DNA of 64,000 nt from an uncultured delta proteobacterium (GTDB lineage Bacteria > Myxococcota_A > Polyangia > Palsa-1104), in contig CAWAWS010000007.1 in the NCBI GenBank assembly GCA_963785725.1, forward strand, positions 211,186-275,185, given 5' to 3'. Made by a program: the position numbers and the translations under genes. Position 1 is the stretch's first letter; every line of letters starts with the position of its first letter. Positions 43,685 to 53,662 of the stretch are shown in pieces. Under the pieces are notes generated by a model that did no database searches, was not told the origin of the DNA, and saw only the letters and a list, made by a program, of their open reading frames with translations.

Positions 43685-45865
43685 GTGCTTCGTCTCGTAG
43701 GTGTGATGGTGCTGGGCCTATGGATGGTGACGGCGGCGCTGTCGGCGTCGGCGGCGGCCAAGCCCAAGCCCAAGCCGGCGGCGGGCAAGCCGCGCTCGTC
43801 GGCGCCGACCGGCCGGCCAGCCGCGCCGGCGAGCGCGGTCGAGCGGCTCGGCCGCGGCTACAAGCTGTTCCTCGAGGGTGAATACGAAGCCGCGGTGCGC
43901 GAGCTCAAGCCCATCGATCCCAAGTCGATGCACGCGCCCGACTACGTCTTGTATCTGCTGGCGACGTCCGAGCTGCTCACGGGCGAGCCCAAAGCGGCGC
44001 GCGCGCACTTTGCGCAGCTGGCGCTGTTGCCGTCGCGCTTCACCGTGCTGGCGCGGTGGCGCATGGCCGATTGCGACTGGGACGCGGGCGACTTCGAGAC
44101 GGCGCGCAAAGAGTACGAAGCGGCGCTGCCGTCGGCGAACGACCTGGTCGATCCGGCGTTGGCGCGCTTCCGCATCGCCGAGGCGTTGGCCAAGAAAGGT
44201 CAGACGGCGGCGGCGCTGGCGATGTATCGCAAGGTCTACGTCGGTGAGCCGCTGCATCCGCTGGCGGACGTGGCGATGACGCGCCTCACCGACGGCAAAG
44301 CGGCGCCGATCACGCCCGAAGAGCGCATCGCGCGCGCCAAGAGCATGACCGCCGATCGCGCCTGGCCGCGCGCGCTCGAGGAGCTGGCGCTCGTGCCCGC
44401 CGACGTGCCGCAAGCGACGCGCGACGAAGCCGACTACTGGTTCGGCATGACCAAGTTCAAGATGCGCCGCGACTACGACCAAGCGGCGCAGAAGCTGCTC
44501 GGCCTGTGGCAGCGCCTGCCCGGCGACGAGCGCAAAGCCGACGCGCTCTTTCACGGCGCGCGCGCCTGGTCCCGCGCCGACCGCGACGACGAAGGCCAAA
44601 AGGGCTACCGCGAGCTGGTCGCGCGCTTCCCGCGCTCGAAGTCGGCGGCCGAGGCGTCGTTCTTGATCGGCTGGCTCGACTTCAACCGCGGCAAATACAA
44701 AGAGGCGATCCCCGAGCTCGAAGAGACGCTGAAGCGCTACGGCTCGTCGCAGTTCAACGATGATTCGCGCTGGTATCTCGGCTTTTCGCGCTGGCTGTCG
44801 GGCGACGTCAAAGGCGCGCTCGCCGACTTCGAGACCTTGAGCCGCATGTCGGGCCCGCTCGCCGGCGGCAAAGGCGCCTATTGGCGCGGCCGCGCGCTCG
44901 ATTCGTTGTCGCGCACCGACGAGGCCAAGAGCGTGTGGCGCGCGCTCGTGACCGAGTATCCGTTCTCGTATTACGCGCTGCAGGCGCGCTTGCGGCTGAA
45001 GGAAAAAGGCGTCGACGTCGGTCAATTCGGCGACGGCCCGCGCGGCACGGCGCCGCCGCTCGCCGCCGTCGACGCGAAGCTGTCGTCCGATCCGCTGCTC
45101 CAGCGCGTCGACGAGCTGCTCGCTGCCGGCCTCACCGTCGAAGCCGGCCTCGAGCTGCGTCGCGGCGAAGGCGAGCTCATGAAGCGCTACGGCGCGGCGC
45201 GAGCGCTCCCGCTCCTGTTCGATCGTTATCTGCGCGGCGACAACTTCAATCGCCCGCATTCGCTCGCGGAGTCCTACTCGGGCGCGGCGCTGCGCCTCGA
45301 CCCGCAGCGTGACGACGAGGCGCGCAAGTGGTGGGAGATCGTCTATCCGCGCGCCTACCGGCAGCACGTCGAGAAGTACGCGGCGACCGGTGACAACCCG
45401 CCCTATTATCTTTATACGATCATGCAGAAGGAGTCGGCTTACAACCCGCATGACGTGTCCTACGCCGACGCCATCGGCCTCTTGCAGATGATTCCGCCGA
45501 CGAGCCGACGCGTGGCTCTGCGCATCGAAGCCGCTTATACCGACGACGTCTTATATGATCCCGAAGGTAATATTCGTTTCGGCGCCTGGTATATCGGCCA
45601 TTTGTTACAGAAGTTCAAAGGCCAGATCGCGCTCGGCGCCGGCAGCTACAACGCCGGTCCGCGCGCGATGATGAAGTGGGTCAAGCTCTACGGCGCTCGC
45701 CCGCTCGACGAATTCATCGAGCTGACGCCCTATACGCAGACGCGCGAATACATGAAGAAGGTGCTCGACATCTATTCGCGTTATGTCTGGCTCTACGACA
45801 AGAAGGATTATTTGCCCGATAATAAAATCGATACTGCATTTCTCGAAAACGATATCGATTACTGA
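43685..45865 (+). CDS. soluble lytic murein transglycosylase (Slt70-like: TPR/superhelical N-domain + SLT domain)
   Basis: Signal peptide (GTG 43685 or ATG 43706). C-terminal IMQKESAYNPHDVSYADAIGLLQMIP...YNAGPRAM is the SLT catalytic domain with the Glu of ES. Confidence 0.88.
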   Translation: MLRLVGVMVLGLWMVTAALSASAAAKPKPKPAAGKPRSSAPTGRPAAPASAVERLGRGYKLFLEGEYEAAVRELKPIDPKSMHAPDYVLYLLATSELLTGEPKAARAHFAQLALLPSRFTVLARWRMADCDWDAGDFETARKEYEAALPSANDLVDPALARFRIAEALAKKGQTAAALAMYRKVYVGEPLHPLADVAMTRLTDGKAAPITPEERIARAKSMTADRAWPRALEELALVPADVPQATRDEADYWFGMTKFKMRRDYDQAAQKLLGLWQRLPGDERKADALFHGARAWSRADRDDEGQKGYRELVARFPRSKSAAEASFLIGWLDFNRGKYKEAIPELEETLKRYGSSQFNDDSRWYLGFSRWLSGDVKGALADFETLSRMSGPLAGGKGAYWRGRALDSLSRTDEAKSVWRALVTEYPFSYYALQARLRLKEKGVDVGQFGDGPRGTAPPLAAVDAKLSSDPLLQRVDELLAAGLTVEAGLELRRGEGELMKRYGAARALPLLFDRYLRGDNFNRPHSLAESYSGAALRLDPQRDDEARKWWEIVYPRAYRQHVEKYAATGDNPPYYLYTIMQKESAYNPHDVSYADAIGLLQMIPPTSRRVALRIEAAYTDDVLYDPEGNIRFGAWYIGHLLQKFKGQIALGAGSYNAGPRAMMKWVKLYGARPLDEFIELTPYTQTREYMKKVLDIYSRYVWLYDKKDYLPDNKIDTAFLENDIDY

Positions 45866-46611
45866 TGGAATGGAATCCGGCACAATACGGTAAGTTCGGC
45901 GACGCGCGCCGCCAGCCGTTCGTCGACCTCCTGGCGCTCATCGGCGCGCCGTCGGGCATACGCGCCGTCGATCTCGGCTGCGGCCCCGGCAACCTCACGC
46001 GTGAGCTGGCCGACGCGCTGCCGCACTCGGACGTCGTCGGCATCGACTCGTCGGCCGAGATGCTGACGGTCGCCGCCGCGCTGGCGCGACCCGGGCTGCG
46101 CTTCGAGCTCGGTCGCATCGAAGACTTCGCGGCCGCGGGCCCGGACGGTGACGCCTACGACCTCGTGTTCTCCAACGCCGCGCTGCACTGGCTGCCCGAT
46201 CACGCGCACCTCTTGCCCGGTTTGTGGTCGCGCGTCAAAGCCGGCGGGCAAATCGCCGTGCAGCTGCCCGCCGACGACTTCAACCCGATGCGTCAGATCT
46301 TCGCCGACGCCGCCGGCTGGCGCCATGCCATGGGCTCGCTCGACATCAGCGCCTACGCCGAGATCCTCTTCGCGCTCGGCGCCCGCGATATCACGGTGTT
46401 CGAGAAGATCTACCCGCATGTGCTGCCCGACGCCGACGCCGTCCTGGAATGGGCGCGCGGCACCGCGCTGTTACCCTATCTCGAAAGGCTGCCGCCCGCG
46501 CAACGCCAACCCTATCTCGACGAGGTGCGGCGCCGGCTGCAGCTCGAATATTCGCGCCGACCGGTCTTCTTTCCCTTTCGGCGCATCATCTTTCACGCGC
46601 GACGTGCGTAG
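45865..46611 (+). CDS. tam: trans-aconitate 2-methyltransferase-like SAM-dependent methyltransferase
   Basis: MEWNPAQY...VDLGCGPGN...SNAALHWLPDH parallels E. coli Tam along its length. The ATG overlaps the upstream stop. Confidence 0.8.
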   Translation: MEWNPAQYGKFGDARRQPFVDLLALIGAPSGIRAVDLGCGPGNLTRELADALPHSDVVGIDSSAEMLTVAAALARPGLRFELGRIEDFAAAGPDGDAYDLVFSNAALHWLPDHAHLLPGLWSRVKAGGQIAVQLPADDFNPMRQIFADAAGWRHAMGSLDISAYAEILFALGARDITVFEKIYPHVLPDADAVLEWARGTALLPYLERLPPAQRQPYLDEVRRRLQLEYSRRPVFFPFRRIIFHARRA

Positions 46612-46629
46612 AATGTAGGAGGAGGAGCC

Positions 46630-46845
46630 ATGGCCAAGTTCAAAGGCAAAGTGGTGCGCTCGGATCTCGAAGGCGGCTTCTGGACGCTCGTCGCCGACGA
46701 CGGCGAGACCTACAAGCTCGAAGGTGGCGACGCCACGCTGCTCAAAGTTGGCGTCAAAGCCGAGGTCGAAGGCAACGTCGAGCAGGCGATGGGCATCGGC
46801 TTCGGCGCGCCCGTGCTGAGCGTCAAGAAGTTCAAAATCATATGA
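46630..46845 (+). CDS. small conserved-looking beta-rich protein, unknown function
   Basis: Strong SD TAGGAGGAGGAG before the ATG. MAKFKGKVVRSDLEGGFWTLVADDGETYKLEGG... Confidence 0.6.
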   Translation: MAKFKGKVVRSDLEGGFWTLVADDGETYKLEGGDATLLKVGVKAEVEGNVEQAMGIGFGAPVLSVKKFKII

Positions 46846-46879
46846 TAGGCTGCGCGCGTCAACAGCGACGGAGAACGCG

Positions 46880-47407
46880 ATGAAGTTCGAGCTCAAGCAT
46901 TCGTTCGATGCCTCGGTCGACGCGGTATTGGACGCGATGATCGATCCGGCCTATCCCGAGTTCATGAAGTCGCACATGAAGCTGATGAGCGACATCAAGC
47001 CCATCGATCGCAAGCAGGACGGCGATCGCTTGTCGTGGCGCATCCGCTGTGTGCCGGTGCCGATGATCAAGAAGGTCGGGCCGAAAGAGGTGCCGCCCGA
47101 GGCGCTGGCGTTCGTTCAGGAGTCGACGATCGACCGCGCGGCCAAGCGCATCGCGTTCAAGAACGTGGCCGAGCATCGCCAGGTCTTGAAGCACCTGGAG
47201 AACTCGGGCAGCTTCACGTTCCGCGACGTCGGCGGTCGCACCGAGCGCACGATCGGCGGCGAGCTCAAGGTCGTCAACCTGCCGTTCCTGCTCAAGCCGC
47301 TGGCGGTCATCGCCGAGCGGCTGATCTACTCGAACGCCGAAGATCTCTTGAACGAAGAGGCCAAGGTGTTCGGCGAATTCTTGAAGTCGCGCAAGCCCGC
47401 CGCGTAA
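46880..47407 (+). CDS. SRPBCC/DUF2505-like hypothetical protein
   Basis: 175 aa. MKFELKHSFDASVDAVLDAMIDPAY has the pattern of polyketide-cyclase-like SRPBCC folds. Assignment by eye only. Confidence 0.45.
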   Translation: MKFELKHSFDASVDAVLDAMIDPAYPEFMKSHMKLMSDIKPIDRKQDGDRLSWRIRCVPVPMIKKVGPKEVPPEALAFVQESTIDRAAKRIAFKNVAEHRQVLKHLENSGSFTFRDVGGRTERTIGGELKVVNLPFLLKPLAVIAERLIYSNAEDLLNEEAKVFGEFLKSRKPAA

Positions 47408-47427
47408 TTTCCGCTCCAAACGACCCG

Positions 47428-47460
47428 CGCGTCCCGCACGAAGCTGCTTCGTCGGACGCG
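47428..47460. terminator. hairpin between convergent genes (possible bidirectional terminator)
   Basis: CGCGTCC...GGACGCG outer 7 bp plus ACGAA/TTCGT inner 5 bp. There is no clean U-run on either strand. Confidence 0.35.
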
Positions 47461-47526
47461 TCGGCGCGCGCGCAAGATTCACGACAGAAATCGATGAGGA
47501 AGAGAAGGGCGGAAGCGCGCTGCGAC

Positions 47527-49122
47527 TTACTGCGTGGCCTTCTGGCCGTCGTGCAAGTTGTCGGCGCCGGCCGAGACGACGATGTCGCCGCCGCTCAAGC
47601 CGCTGCCGATGAGCGCCTCCGAGCCGTCGCGGTCGACGACGCTGACGTTGCGCTGGTGCACGGCGCCGTCGGCCAAGACGTAGACGACGTCGCCGGTCTC
47701 GCGATGCGTCAGCGCCGTCGCCGGCACCGGCACGACGTTCGGCACGCGCTGCTTCACCAGCCGCACGGCGTCGCCCGCCTTGACCGTCGTCTCTTCCGGC
47801 AGCTCGACAGTCACGGTGCCGTCGACGATCTTGGCCACGCGACCGCTGATCGGTGCGCCGCCGAGCGCCGGCTGCAACTGCGCCACTTCGCCCGGCTTCA
47901 GCGCCGCCGCGTCCGCACCCAGCTTGAGCTCGGCGATGGCGTGCTTGTCGGCCAGCTTCAACACCGGATCGCCCGGCTTGGCGTCGCTGCCCGCCTGCGC
48001 CAAGACCTGCGCGACGGTACCCGCGCCCGGCGCGATCAGCCGCACCTTGGCCGCGCGCGCCTCGAGCTCCGCCATCAGCTTCTTCTTCTCGGCGACTTTG
48101 CCTTCCGCCGCCGCGGTCGCGCCGGCATCGCCCTTGGCCTTCGCCGTCGCCAGCTGCTTCTCGTAAAAGGACGCGCGATCTTTGACGTCCGCGAGCTCCT
48201 TCTCGATCTTGGCGTACGACTCCAGCGTCGCCAGCGGCATGCCCGCTTTGGCTTCCGTGCCCGCGGCCACGACGTCGCTGACTTTGCCCGCTTCGCCGAA
48301 CGACAGCGTCTGCCCTTCGGACTTGCGCACCGTCGCCGTCGCGTCATACAGCCGCACGACTTCGCGCGGCGTCGCGACGACCGTCGCCACCTTCGCCGTC
48401 GTGCCGCTCATGAACTTGATGTAGGCGACGATCGCCGCCACCACCAGCAGCACCAAGAACAGAATCAGCAGCGAGCCCGCGCTCGACTTCGACGCCTTCG
48501 GCTCGGCGCGCGCGACCGCGCCCGTCGTCATCTCGTCGTGCACGCGCGGCGTGTTCGCTTGCGGCGGCGTCGGCGCCGGCGGCAACGCCTTCGGCTCCGG
48601 CTCCTTGGCGACGACCGCCGGCGTCAGCGGCCGCACCGGCGGCGACGGCTCCGGCTCGTCGTGCTCGTCCGGCGCGTCGGGCTCGGAGTCGGCGTCGTTC
48701 GTCGGCAGCTCGGTGACCATCGACGGCGTCGCCGCGAACTCGTCATCGTCCGCGTGGTCGACCGGCGTCGCCGCTTTCGCGCCCGCGCCGTTCGCCGGCG
48801 ACGGGGCTTCGCCCATCATCGTCCGCGCGTCCGGCGCCGCCCGCTGCGGCTCGCCGTCGAGCTCGAAGAACCCGAGGTCGCGCAGCTTGGCGGCGAAGTT
48901 CTCGAGGTCGGACGGGCTCGGGTGAATGCCCAGCCGTTCGCGTGCCCACGAGGCCACTTCGTCGAAGGGACGCCGGCCATCCATGCGCTCGGCGATCAAC
49001 CACTCGAAGTCGTACAGCCGCATGCGCGCGCCCGACTTCGGGTCGCTCACGTCGAAATATTTGACGCCCTGTTCTTCGGTCGGCGTCGCACTCAAATCGG
49101 GTCGGATCCGCGGCGTGCTCAT
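47527..49122 (-). CDS. HlyD/MFP-like membrane protein, translationally coupled to mglA
   Basis: The ATG at 49122 shares one base with the mglA stop (TGATG). Cytoplasmic N-domain, Pro/Ala-rich linker, TM segment LLILFLVLLVVAAIVAYI. This is followed by a barrel-sandwich/coiled-coil pattern (GMPLATLES...VRLIAPGAGTVAQV...GDPVLKL). Confidence 0.7.
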   Translation of the reverse strand: MSTPRIRPDLSATPTEEQGVKYFDVSDPKSGARMRLYDFEWLIAERMDGRRPFDEVASWARERLGIHPSPSDLENFAAKLRDLGFFELDGEPQRAAPDARTMMGEAPSPANGAGAKAATPVDHADDDEFAATPSMVTELPTNDADSEPDAPDEHDEPEPSPPVRPLTPAVVAKEPEPKALPPAPTPPQANTPRVHDEMTTGAVARAEPKASKSSAGSLLILFLVLLVVAAIVAYIKFMSGTTAKVATVVATPREVVRLYDATATVRKSEGQTLSFGEAGKVSDVVAAGTEAKAGMPLATLESYAKIEKELADVKDRASFYEKQLATAKAKGDAGATAAAEGKVAEKKKLMAELEARAAKVRLIAPGAGTVAQVLAQAGSDAKPGDPVLKLADKHAIAELKLGADAAALKPGEVAQLQPALGGAPISGRVAKIVDGTVTVELPEETTVKAGDAVRLVKQRVPNVVPVPATALTHRETGDVVYVLADGAVHQRNVSVVDRDGSEALIGSGLSGGDIVVSAGADNLHDGQKATQ

Positions 49123-49709
49123 CACCCGCCTCGCTTGAGCTCCGTCAACACCAGCTTGGCGACCGACTTCAGCGTATCGAAGACGCCCACGCCCGTGGTG
49201 GCGACGGCCTCGAACTCGGGCACGTTCGTCGGATTGAGCACTTTCTTCAGCTCGTCCATCGGCGCGGAGTTCGGCAAATCTCGCTTGTTGTACTGCACGC
49301 AATACGGAATCTTATCGAGGTCGTAACCCTGGTCTTGCAGGTTTACGCGCAAGTTATCGAGCGATTCGATATTCGCTTCCATACGCTCGATCTGCGAATC
49401 AGCAACGAATACGACACCATCCACGCCTTTCAAGATCAGCTTGCGGCTGGCGTCGTAAAAGACCTGACCGGGCACCGTGTACAGGTGGAAGCGCGTCTTG
49501 AATCCGCGAATTTCGCCCAGTGAAAGCGGCAAAAAGTCGAAGAACAAGGTGCGCTCGGTCTCCGTGGCCAGGGAGATCATCTTCCCTTTCGCCTCGGGAT
49601 TGGTCTTGTTGTAGATGTACTGCAAGTTGGTCGTCTTCCCGCACAGGCCAGGCCCGTAGTAGACGATCTTGCAGTTGATTTCGCGGGAGCTGTAATTGAT
49701 GAAGCTCAT
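49122..49709 (-). CDS. mglA: Ras-like motility/polarity GTPase MglA
   Basis: [33 protein letters not shown]... has the typical MglA P-loop [14 protein letters not shown]...TVPGQVFY... and QYNKRDL (NKxD). 195 aa. Confidence 0.95.
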   Translation of the reverse strand: MSFINYSSREINCKIVYYGPGLCGKTTNLQYIYNKTNPEAKGKMISLATETERTLFFDFLPLSLGEIRGFKTRFHLYTVPGQVFYDASRKLILKGVDGVVFVADSQIERMEANIESLDNLRVNLQDQGYDLDKIPYCVQYNKRDLPNSAPMDELKKVLNPTNVPEFEAVATTGVGVFDTLKSVAKLVLTELKRGG

Positions 49710-49727
49710 CGAAGCGGTCGGCCCCCG

Positions 49728-50210
49728 TCAGTCGTTGAACAGGTTGTCGATGTCGTCGTCGGAGATCTCTCCGAGCACCGGCGGGACGTTCCCGCTCGAC
49801 ATCTTCTTCACCAGCGCGTCGAAGACCTTGGTCAGCTCTTCCGAGGCCTTCTTGACTCGCAATCGCACCAAACCCAGCGACGAGCGCGTGTCGAAAAGAA
49901 CGACCAAGATCGCGCGCTGCGCCACCAAAGACAGGTGGATGTTGGTCTTTTCACCTTCGTGAAATTGGCCGCTGAATTCCTTCTCCGCCAATAGCTTGGC
50001 GATGCCTCCGGTCGCGGCGACGTTACCCGCGAACAGCGACGACAGCGACGTCACGTCGAGGTGCTCGGTATTGCCGGCCCGGGCAATTTCCTGCCCGTCC
50101 TTGTTGATCACGAGAATGGCGATCGAGTTCGAGTCTCGCTGGAGCCGATCGCAGATCACTTGGATCTGCTGCTGCTCCTCCTCGAACATAACGACCTGGG
50201 GCGTACCCAT
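49728..50210 (-). CDS. mglB: Roadblock/LC7 domain protein MglB (MglA GAP)
   Basis: 160 aa immediately upstream of mglA. The Roadblock-like core IAILVINKDGQEIARAG...ATGGIAKLL and the acidic C-terminal tail resemble MglB. Confidence 0.88.
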   Translation of the reverse strand: MGTPQVVMFEEEQQQIQVICDRLQRDSNSIAILVINKDGQEIARAGNTEHLDVTSLSSLFAGNVAATGGIAKLLAEKEFSGQFHEGEKTNIHLSLVAQRAILVVLFDTRSSLGLVRLRVKKASEELTKVFDALVKKMSSGNVPPVLGEISDDDIDNLFND

Positions 50211-50347
50211 CGCGGGGGCTCTCCTGTGAGCGGTCGTCCTTTGTTATCAGATTGGCCACGAATAATCAATCGGTGGCTACAACTGGCGTCGATTGCGGTG
50301 GCCTGGCTACACGCCTTCGTTGCCTACATTTCCCGACGAGAACGAGG

Positions 50348-50941
50348 TTACATCTCGCGGCGGGCTTCGAGCGCGCGCGCGATCGTGACGCCGTCGGCGT
50401 ACTCGAGCTCGCCGCCGACCGCCAAGCCGGACGCGATGCGCGTGACTTTGACGCCGAGCGGCCGCAGCACCTTGGCCAGATAGAGCGCCGTCGCTTCGCC
50501 TTCGACGTTCGGTGACGTCGCTACGATCAGCTCGCGCAGCTCATTGGACGCCACCCGCGCGAGCAGCTCCTTGATGCGCAAATCGTCGGGCCCGATGCCT
50601 TCGAGCGGCGACAACACGCCGTGCAGCACGTGATAACGCCCGCGAAATCCGCCGGTGCGCTCGATCGCGTACAGGTCCGGCGGCGTCGCCACGACCGCGA
50701 CCAGCCCGGCGTCTCGCCGCACGTCGCTGCACAGGCCGCAGGGATCGTGCTCGGTCAAGTTCATGCACACCGAGCAGAGCCGGATCTTCTCTTTGACCTC
50801 GACCAGCGCATGCGCCAGATCGCGCGCATATTCGGCCGGCGCGCGCAGCACGTGGAACGCCAGCCGCGACGCCGTCTTCTCGCCGATCCCGGGCAGCTTC
50901 GCCAGCTCGCGAATCAGCCGTCCGATGGGATCCGTCGCCAA
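50348..50941 (-). CDS. recR: recombination protein RecR
   Basis: LIRELAKLPGIGEKTASRLAFHVL (HhH), zinc finger CSVCMNLTEHDPCGLC, Toprim region. Confidence 0.95.
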   Translation of the reverse strand: MATDPIGRLIRELAKLPGIGEKTASRLAFHVLRAPAEYARDLAHALVEVKEKIRLCSVCMNLTEHDPCGLCSDVRRDAGLVAVVATPPDLYAIERTGGFRGRYHVLHGVLSPLEGIGPDDLRIKELLARVASNELRELIVATSPNVEGEATALYLAKVLRPLGVKVTRIASGLAVGGELEYADGVTIARALEARREM

Positions 50942-50950
50942 AGTCGCGCC

Positions 50951-51298
50951 TTAAAACAGGCCCGGAATGTTCATGCCGCCGGTCACCGACTGCATGGCGC
51001 CCGCTTGCAGCTCCTGCGCTTTGCCGATCGCCTGATTGATGGCCGCGATGATCAGATCCTGCAGCATCGACGGATCTTTCGGATCGATGCAGGCCGGATC
51101 GATCTTGAGCGCGCGCACTTCGAGGCCGCCCGTGATCGTGACCGTCACCATGCCGCCGCCCGCCGAAGCCTCGACCGTCTTCGACTTGGCCTCGTCTTGC
51201 GCCTTCAGCATCTGCTCTTGCAGCTGCTGCGCTTGCTGCATCATGGCGCCGAGATCGAAGCCGCCACCGCCGGGAAATCCGCCGTCATTCTCACTCAT
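50951..51298 (-). CDS. ybaB: YbaB/EbfC family nucleoid-associated protein
   Basis: 115 aa. MMQQAQQLQEQMLKAQDE...GGGMVTVTITG pattern. Located between dnaX and recR. Confidence 0.9.
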   Translation of the reverse strand: MSENDGGFPGGGGFDLGAMMQQAQQLQEQMLKAQDEAKSKTVEASAGGGMVTVTITGGLEVRALKIDPACIDPKDPSMLQDLIIAAINQAIGKAQELQAGAMQSVTGGMNIPGLF

Positions 51299-51386
51299 TG
51301 GCCCACCTTCCGGCGAGCCGACGAGGAAGACGAGCGGTCCGCTGGCCCGACGGGCCGGACGCTCACCTTCGCTCGCTCACGCTCGC

Positions 51387-53166
51387 TCATTGGTTCTTCT
51401 CCACGTCGTCGACCACCGGTTCGCGCCAGTTGCCACCGAAGCGCGCGTCGAGCCCTTTGCGCGCCGGGTGCTCGAGCGCCTCACGCCGTCGCTGCTCGCG
51501 ATCTTCGTCGATCTTGCGCTCTTCGACTTCGATCATCGTCTCGGTCGCCGCCGCCGGCATGCCTTCGGCCGCGCCGACGATGATCTCGATCGCCAGATCT
51601 TCGCCTGTCGTCTTCTTGATGGCGGCGCGCAGCTGCGGCAAGCGCTCGCGCAGTCGATTGGCCGCAAAATCGCTATCGAAGCCGAGCGACAGATGCACCG
51701 CGTCGCGCGCCAACAGCCTCGACTGCGCGATATCACACAAGAAGGGGTCGATATTGATGACCGCTTCCAGCAGCTCGGTGAAGTTCGCCGGCGCCTTTTG
51801 TTTCGTCGGCGCCGGCTTGGCGGCAACCGGTGGCGGCGCTGGCGGCGCGAAGTCCGCGACGTCGGGCGCGCCGTAATCCGGCATGTCATTCGGTGGCGGC
51901 GGCGCGGCATTGACTGCCGGCGCCGGTCGCGACGGCGGCGCCGCCTGCGCGACCGCCGCGCGCGATCCGCCGCCCGCGCCACCACTTCCCGACGGCGGCG
52001 ACGCCGCCGGCACGCCCTTTTCCACGCGCGATTCGAGGGCCTCCAGCTTCGCCAGCAGCGCGCCGATCGGCTCCAGCGGCTCGACGCGCGTCAACGCGAT
52101 CAAGCCCACTTCGAGCACGTAGCGCGGCACCGGCGACTTGGCGACCTCCTCGGCGATCTTCGCGCAGCGCTCGAACAGCAGCTCCGGCAGGCCGTTCGGC
52201 GCCGCCTTGACCGTCGCCGCCAGCGCCTCGAGCTCCGACGGCGAGCCCTCGACGAGCGCGCTCGCGTCCGGCAGCGCCGCGACGACGACGAGATCGCGCA
52301 AGTGGCCGAGCAGCGCCTGCGCCAGCTGCGACAGATCCTGGCCGCGCGCGAACGCCGCATCGACGAGCGTCAAGCGCCGCCGCCGCGTTCTTGCCGAGGA
52401 TCGCCTGCCCCAGCTTGTCGAGCAGCGTGCGATCGGCGACGCCGAGCGTCTCGGCCGCGCCCGCCTCGGTCAACCCCGTCGGCGACGACGCGATCACTTG
52501 ATCGAGCAGCGACAGCGCGTCACGCACCGAGCCGCCCGACTCGCGCGTGATCAGCGACAGCGCGTTCTTCTCGAACGGCAGCTGTTCCGTCGTCAAAATC
52601 TGCGTCAGATGCTCGGCGATGCGCCGCTGCGGCACGAGCTTGAAGTCGTAGCGCTGCACGCGCGAGAGAATCGTCGCCGGCAGCTTGTGCGGATCGGTGG
52701 TCGCGAAGACGAAGATCGCGTGCGGCGGCGGCTCTTCCAGCGTCTTCAGGAGCGCATTCCACGCGCCCGACGAGAGCATGTGCACTTCGTCGAGGATGTA
52801 GACTTTCTTCTTGCCGCGCACCGGCGCGTAGCGAATCGCGTCGCGCAGCTCGCGGATGTTGTCGACGCCGTTGTTGGACGCGGCGTCGATCTCTTGCACG
52901 TCGACGCTGGAGCCGTTGGTGATTTCGCGGCAGGCGTCACAGACGTTGCACGGCGTGGCCGTCGGCGCGTTCACGCACGACAAGCACTTGGCGAGGATGC
53001 GCGCCGCCGTCGTCTTGCCGACACCGCGAGCGCCCGTGAACAAAAACGCGTGATGCAGCCGCCCGGCCGCGATCGCGTTCTGCAGGGTCTGAGTGACGTG
53101 CTCTTGTCCGACGATTTCGTCGAACGTCTGCGGGCGATACTTGCGTGCGAGGACCAAATAGGACAT
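51387..53166 (-). pseudogene. dnaX: DNA polymerase III subunit gamma/tau, frame interrupted by an apparent 1-nt insertion near 52374
   Basis: The N-terminal ORF (MSYLVLARKYRPQTFDEIVGQEHV, GARGVGKTT, zinc module CNVCDAC, DEVHML, SRVQRY) is good up to ...GQAILGKNAAAA. The next frame continues LTLVDAAFARGQDLSQLAQALLGHLRDLVV... The span of 1780 nt is 3n+1. Confidence 0.88.
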
Positions 53167-53230
53167 GTCGCGCGTCGCTCCGCCGTCGCGGCCAGCAAAC
53201 CGCTCAGGTAGCAGATGGAACGAAAAAAGG

Positions 53231-53314
53231 TGGCTCCGGGCACCCGCGCCGCTAACTACCGTTGCTCCCTTCCGGGCCTGGCGGGGTTCGTCGGCATTGC
53301 GTCGCCCAGAGCCA
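53231..53314 (-). ncRNA. ffs: signal recognition particle RNA (small/4.5S type)
   Basis: The minus strand contains CCAGGCCCGGAAGGGAGCAACGG, matching the universal domain IV motif (E. coli CAGGUCCGGAAGGAAGCAGCC). The flanks GGCUCUGGGCGACGC and GCGCGGGUGCCCGGAGCC pair with each other. It is followed by CCUUUUUU. It sits directly upstream of dnaX, as in many bacteria. Ends are approximate. Confidence 0.75.
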
Positions 53315-53393
53315 AAACTGGTCTACCACAAATCCAAAGCCGCAAACGATGTAGCACACTTCTCGTTACGGCCAAGCGATCCGTTGAAACTTA

Positions 53394-53482
<89 letters not shown>

Positions 53483-53561
53483 AACAAACTTGTGCGGCGC
53501 CACCAACCGCGACTTCCTCTGCTCTGCTCTGATTCCGTCGGAGGGAGAGGTTGGAGCGGAG

Positions 53562-53662
53562 GGTTTGGGCCCCGCGCGCAGTTCCGCAGGAGTTGTTTTT
53601 CGTGTTCGCGCAGCGAACGCGAAAAACGGCTCCGAGGACTGTTTGAGCACGGGGCCCAAACC
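53562..53662. repeat. 101-bp nested palindromic element between two tRNA-Ser genes
   Basis: Outer stem GGTTTGGGCCCCG (53562-74) pairs with CGGGGCCCAAACC (53650-62), 13 bp perfect. Inner hairpin 53595-53609 with 53613-53627, 15 bp (one T-G position), 3-nt loop. Confidence 0.8.

Noticed and set aside
52340-52400. The dnaX frame change considered as the classical programmed ribosomal frameshift that produces the gamma subunit.
   Set aside because: The shift site has no slippery A-rich heptamer or downstream stimulatory hairpin that I can see. It lies near residue 252 inside the clamp-loader core, and the shifted frame runs for ~170 nonsense codons. This does not resemble programmed dnaX recoding.
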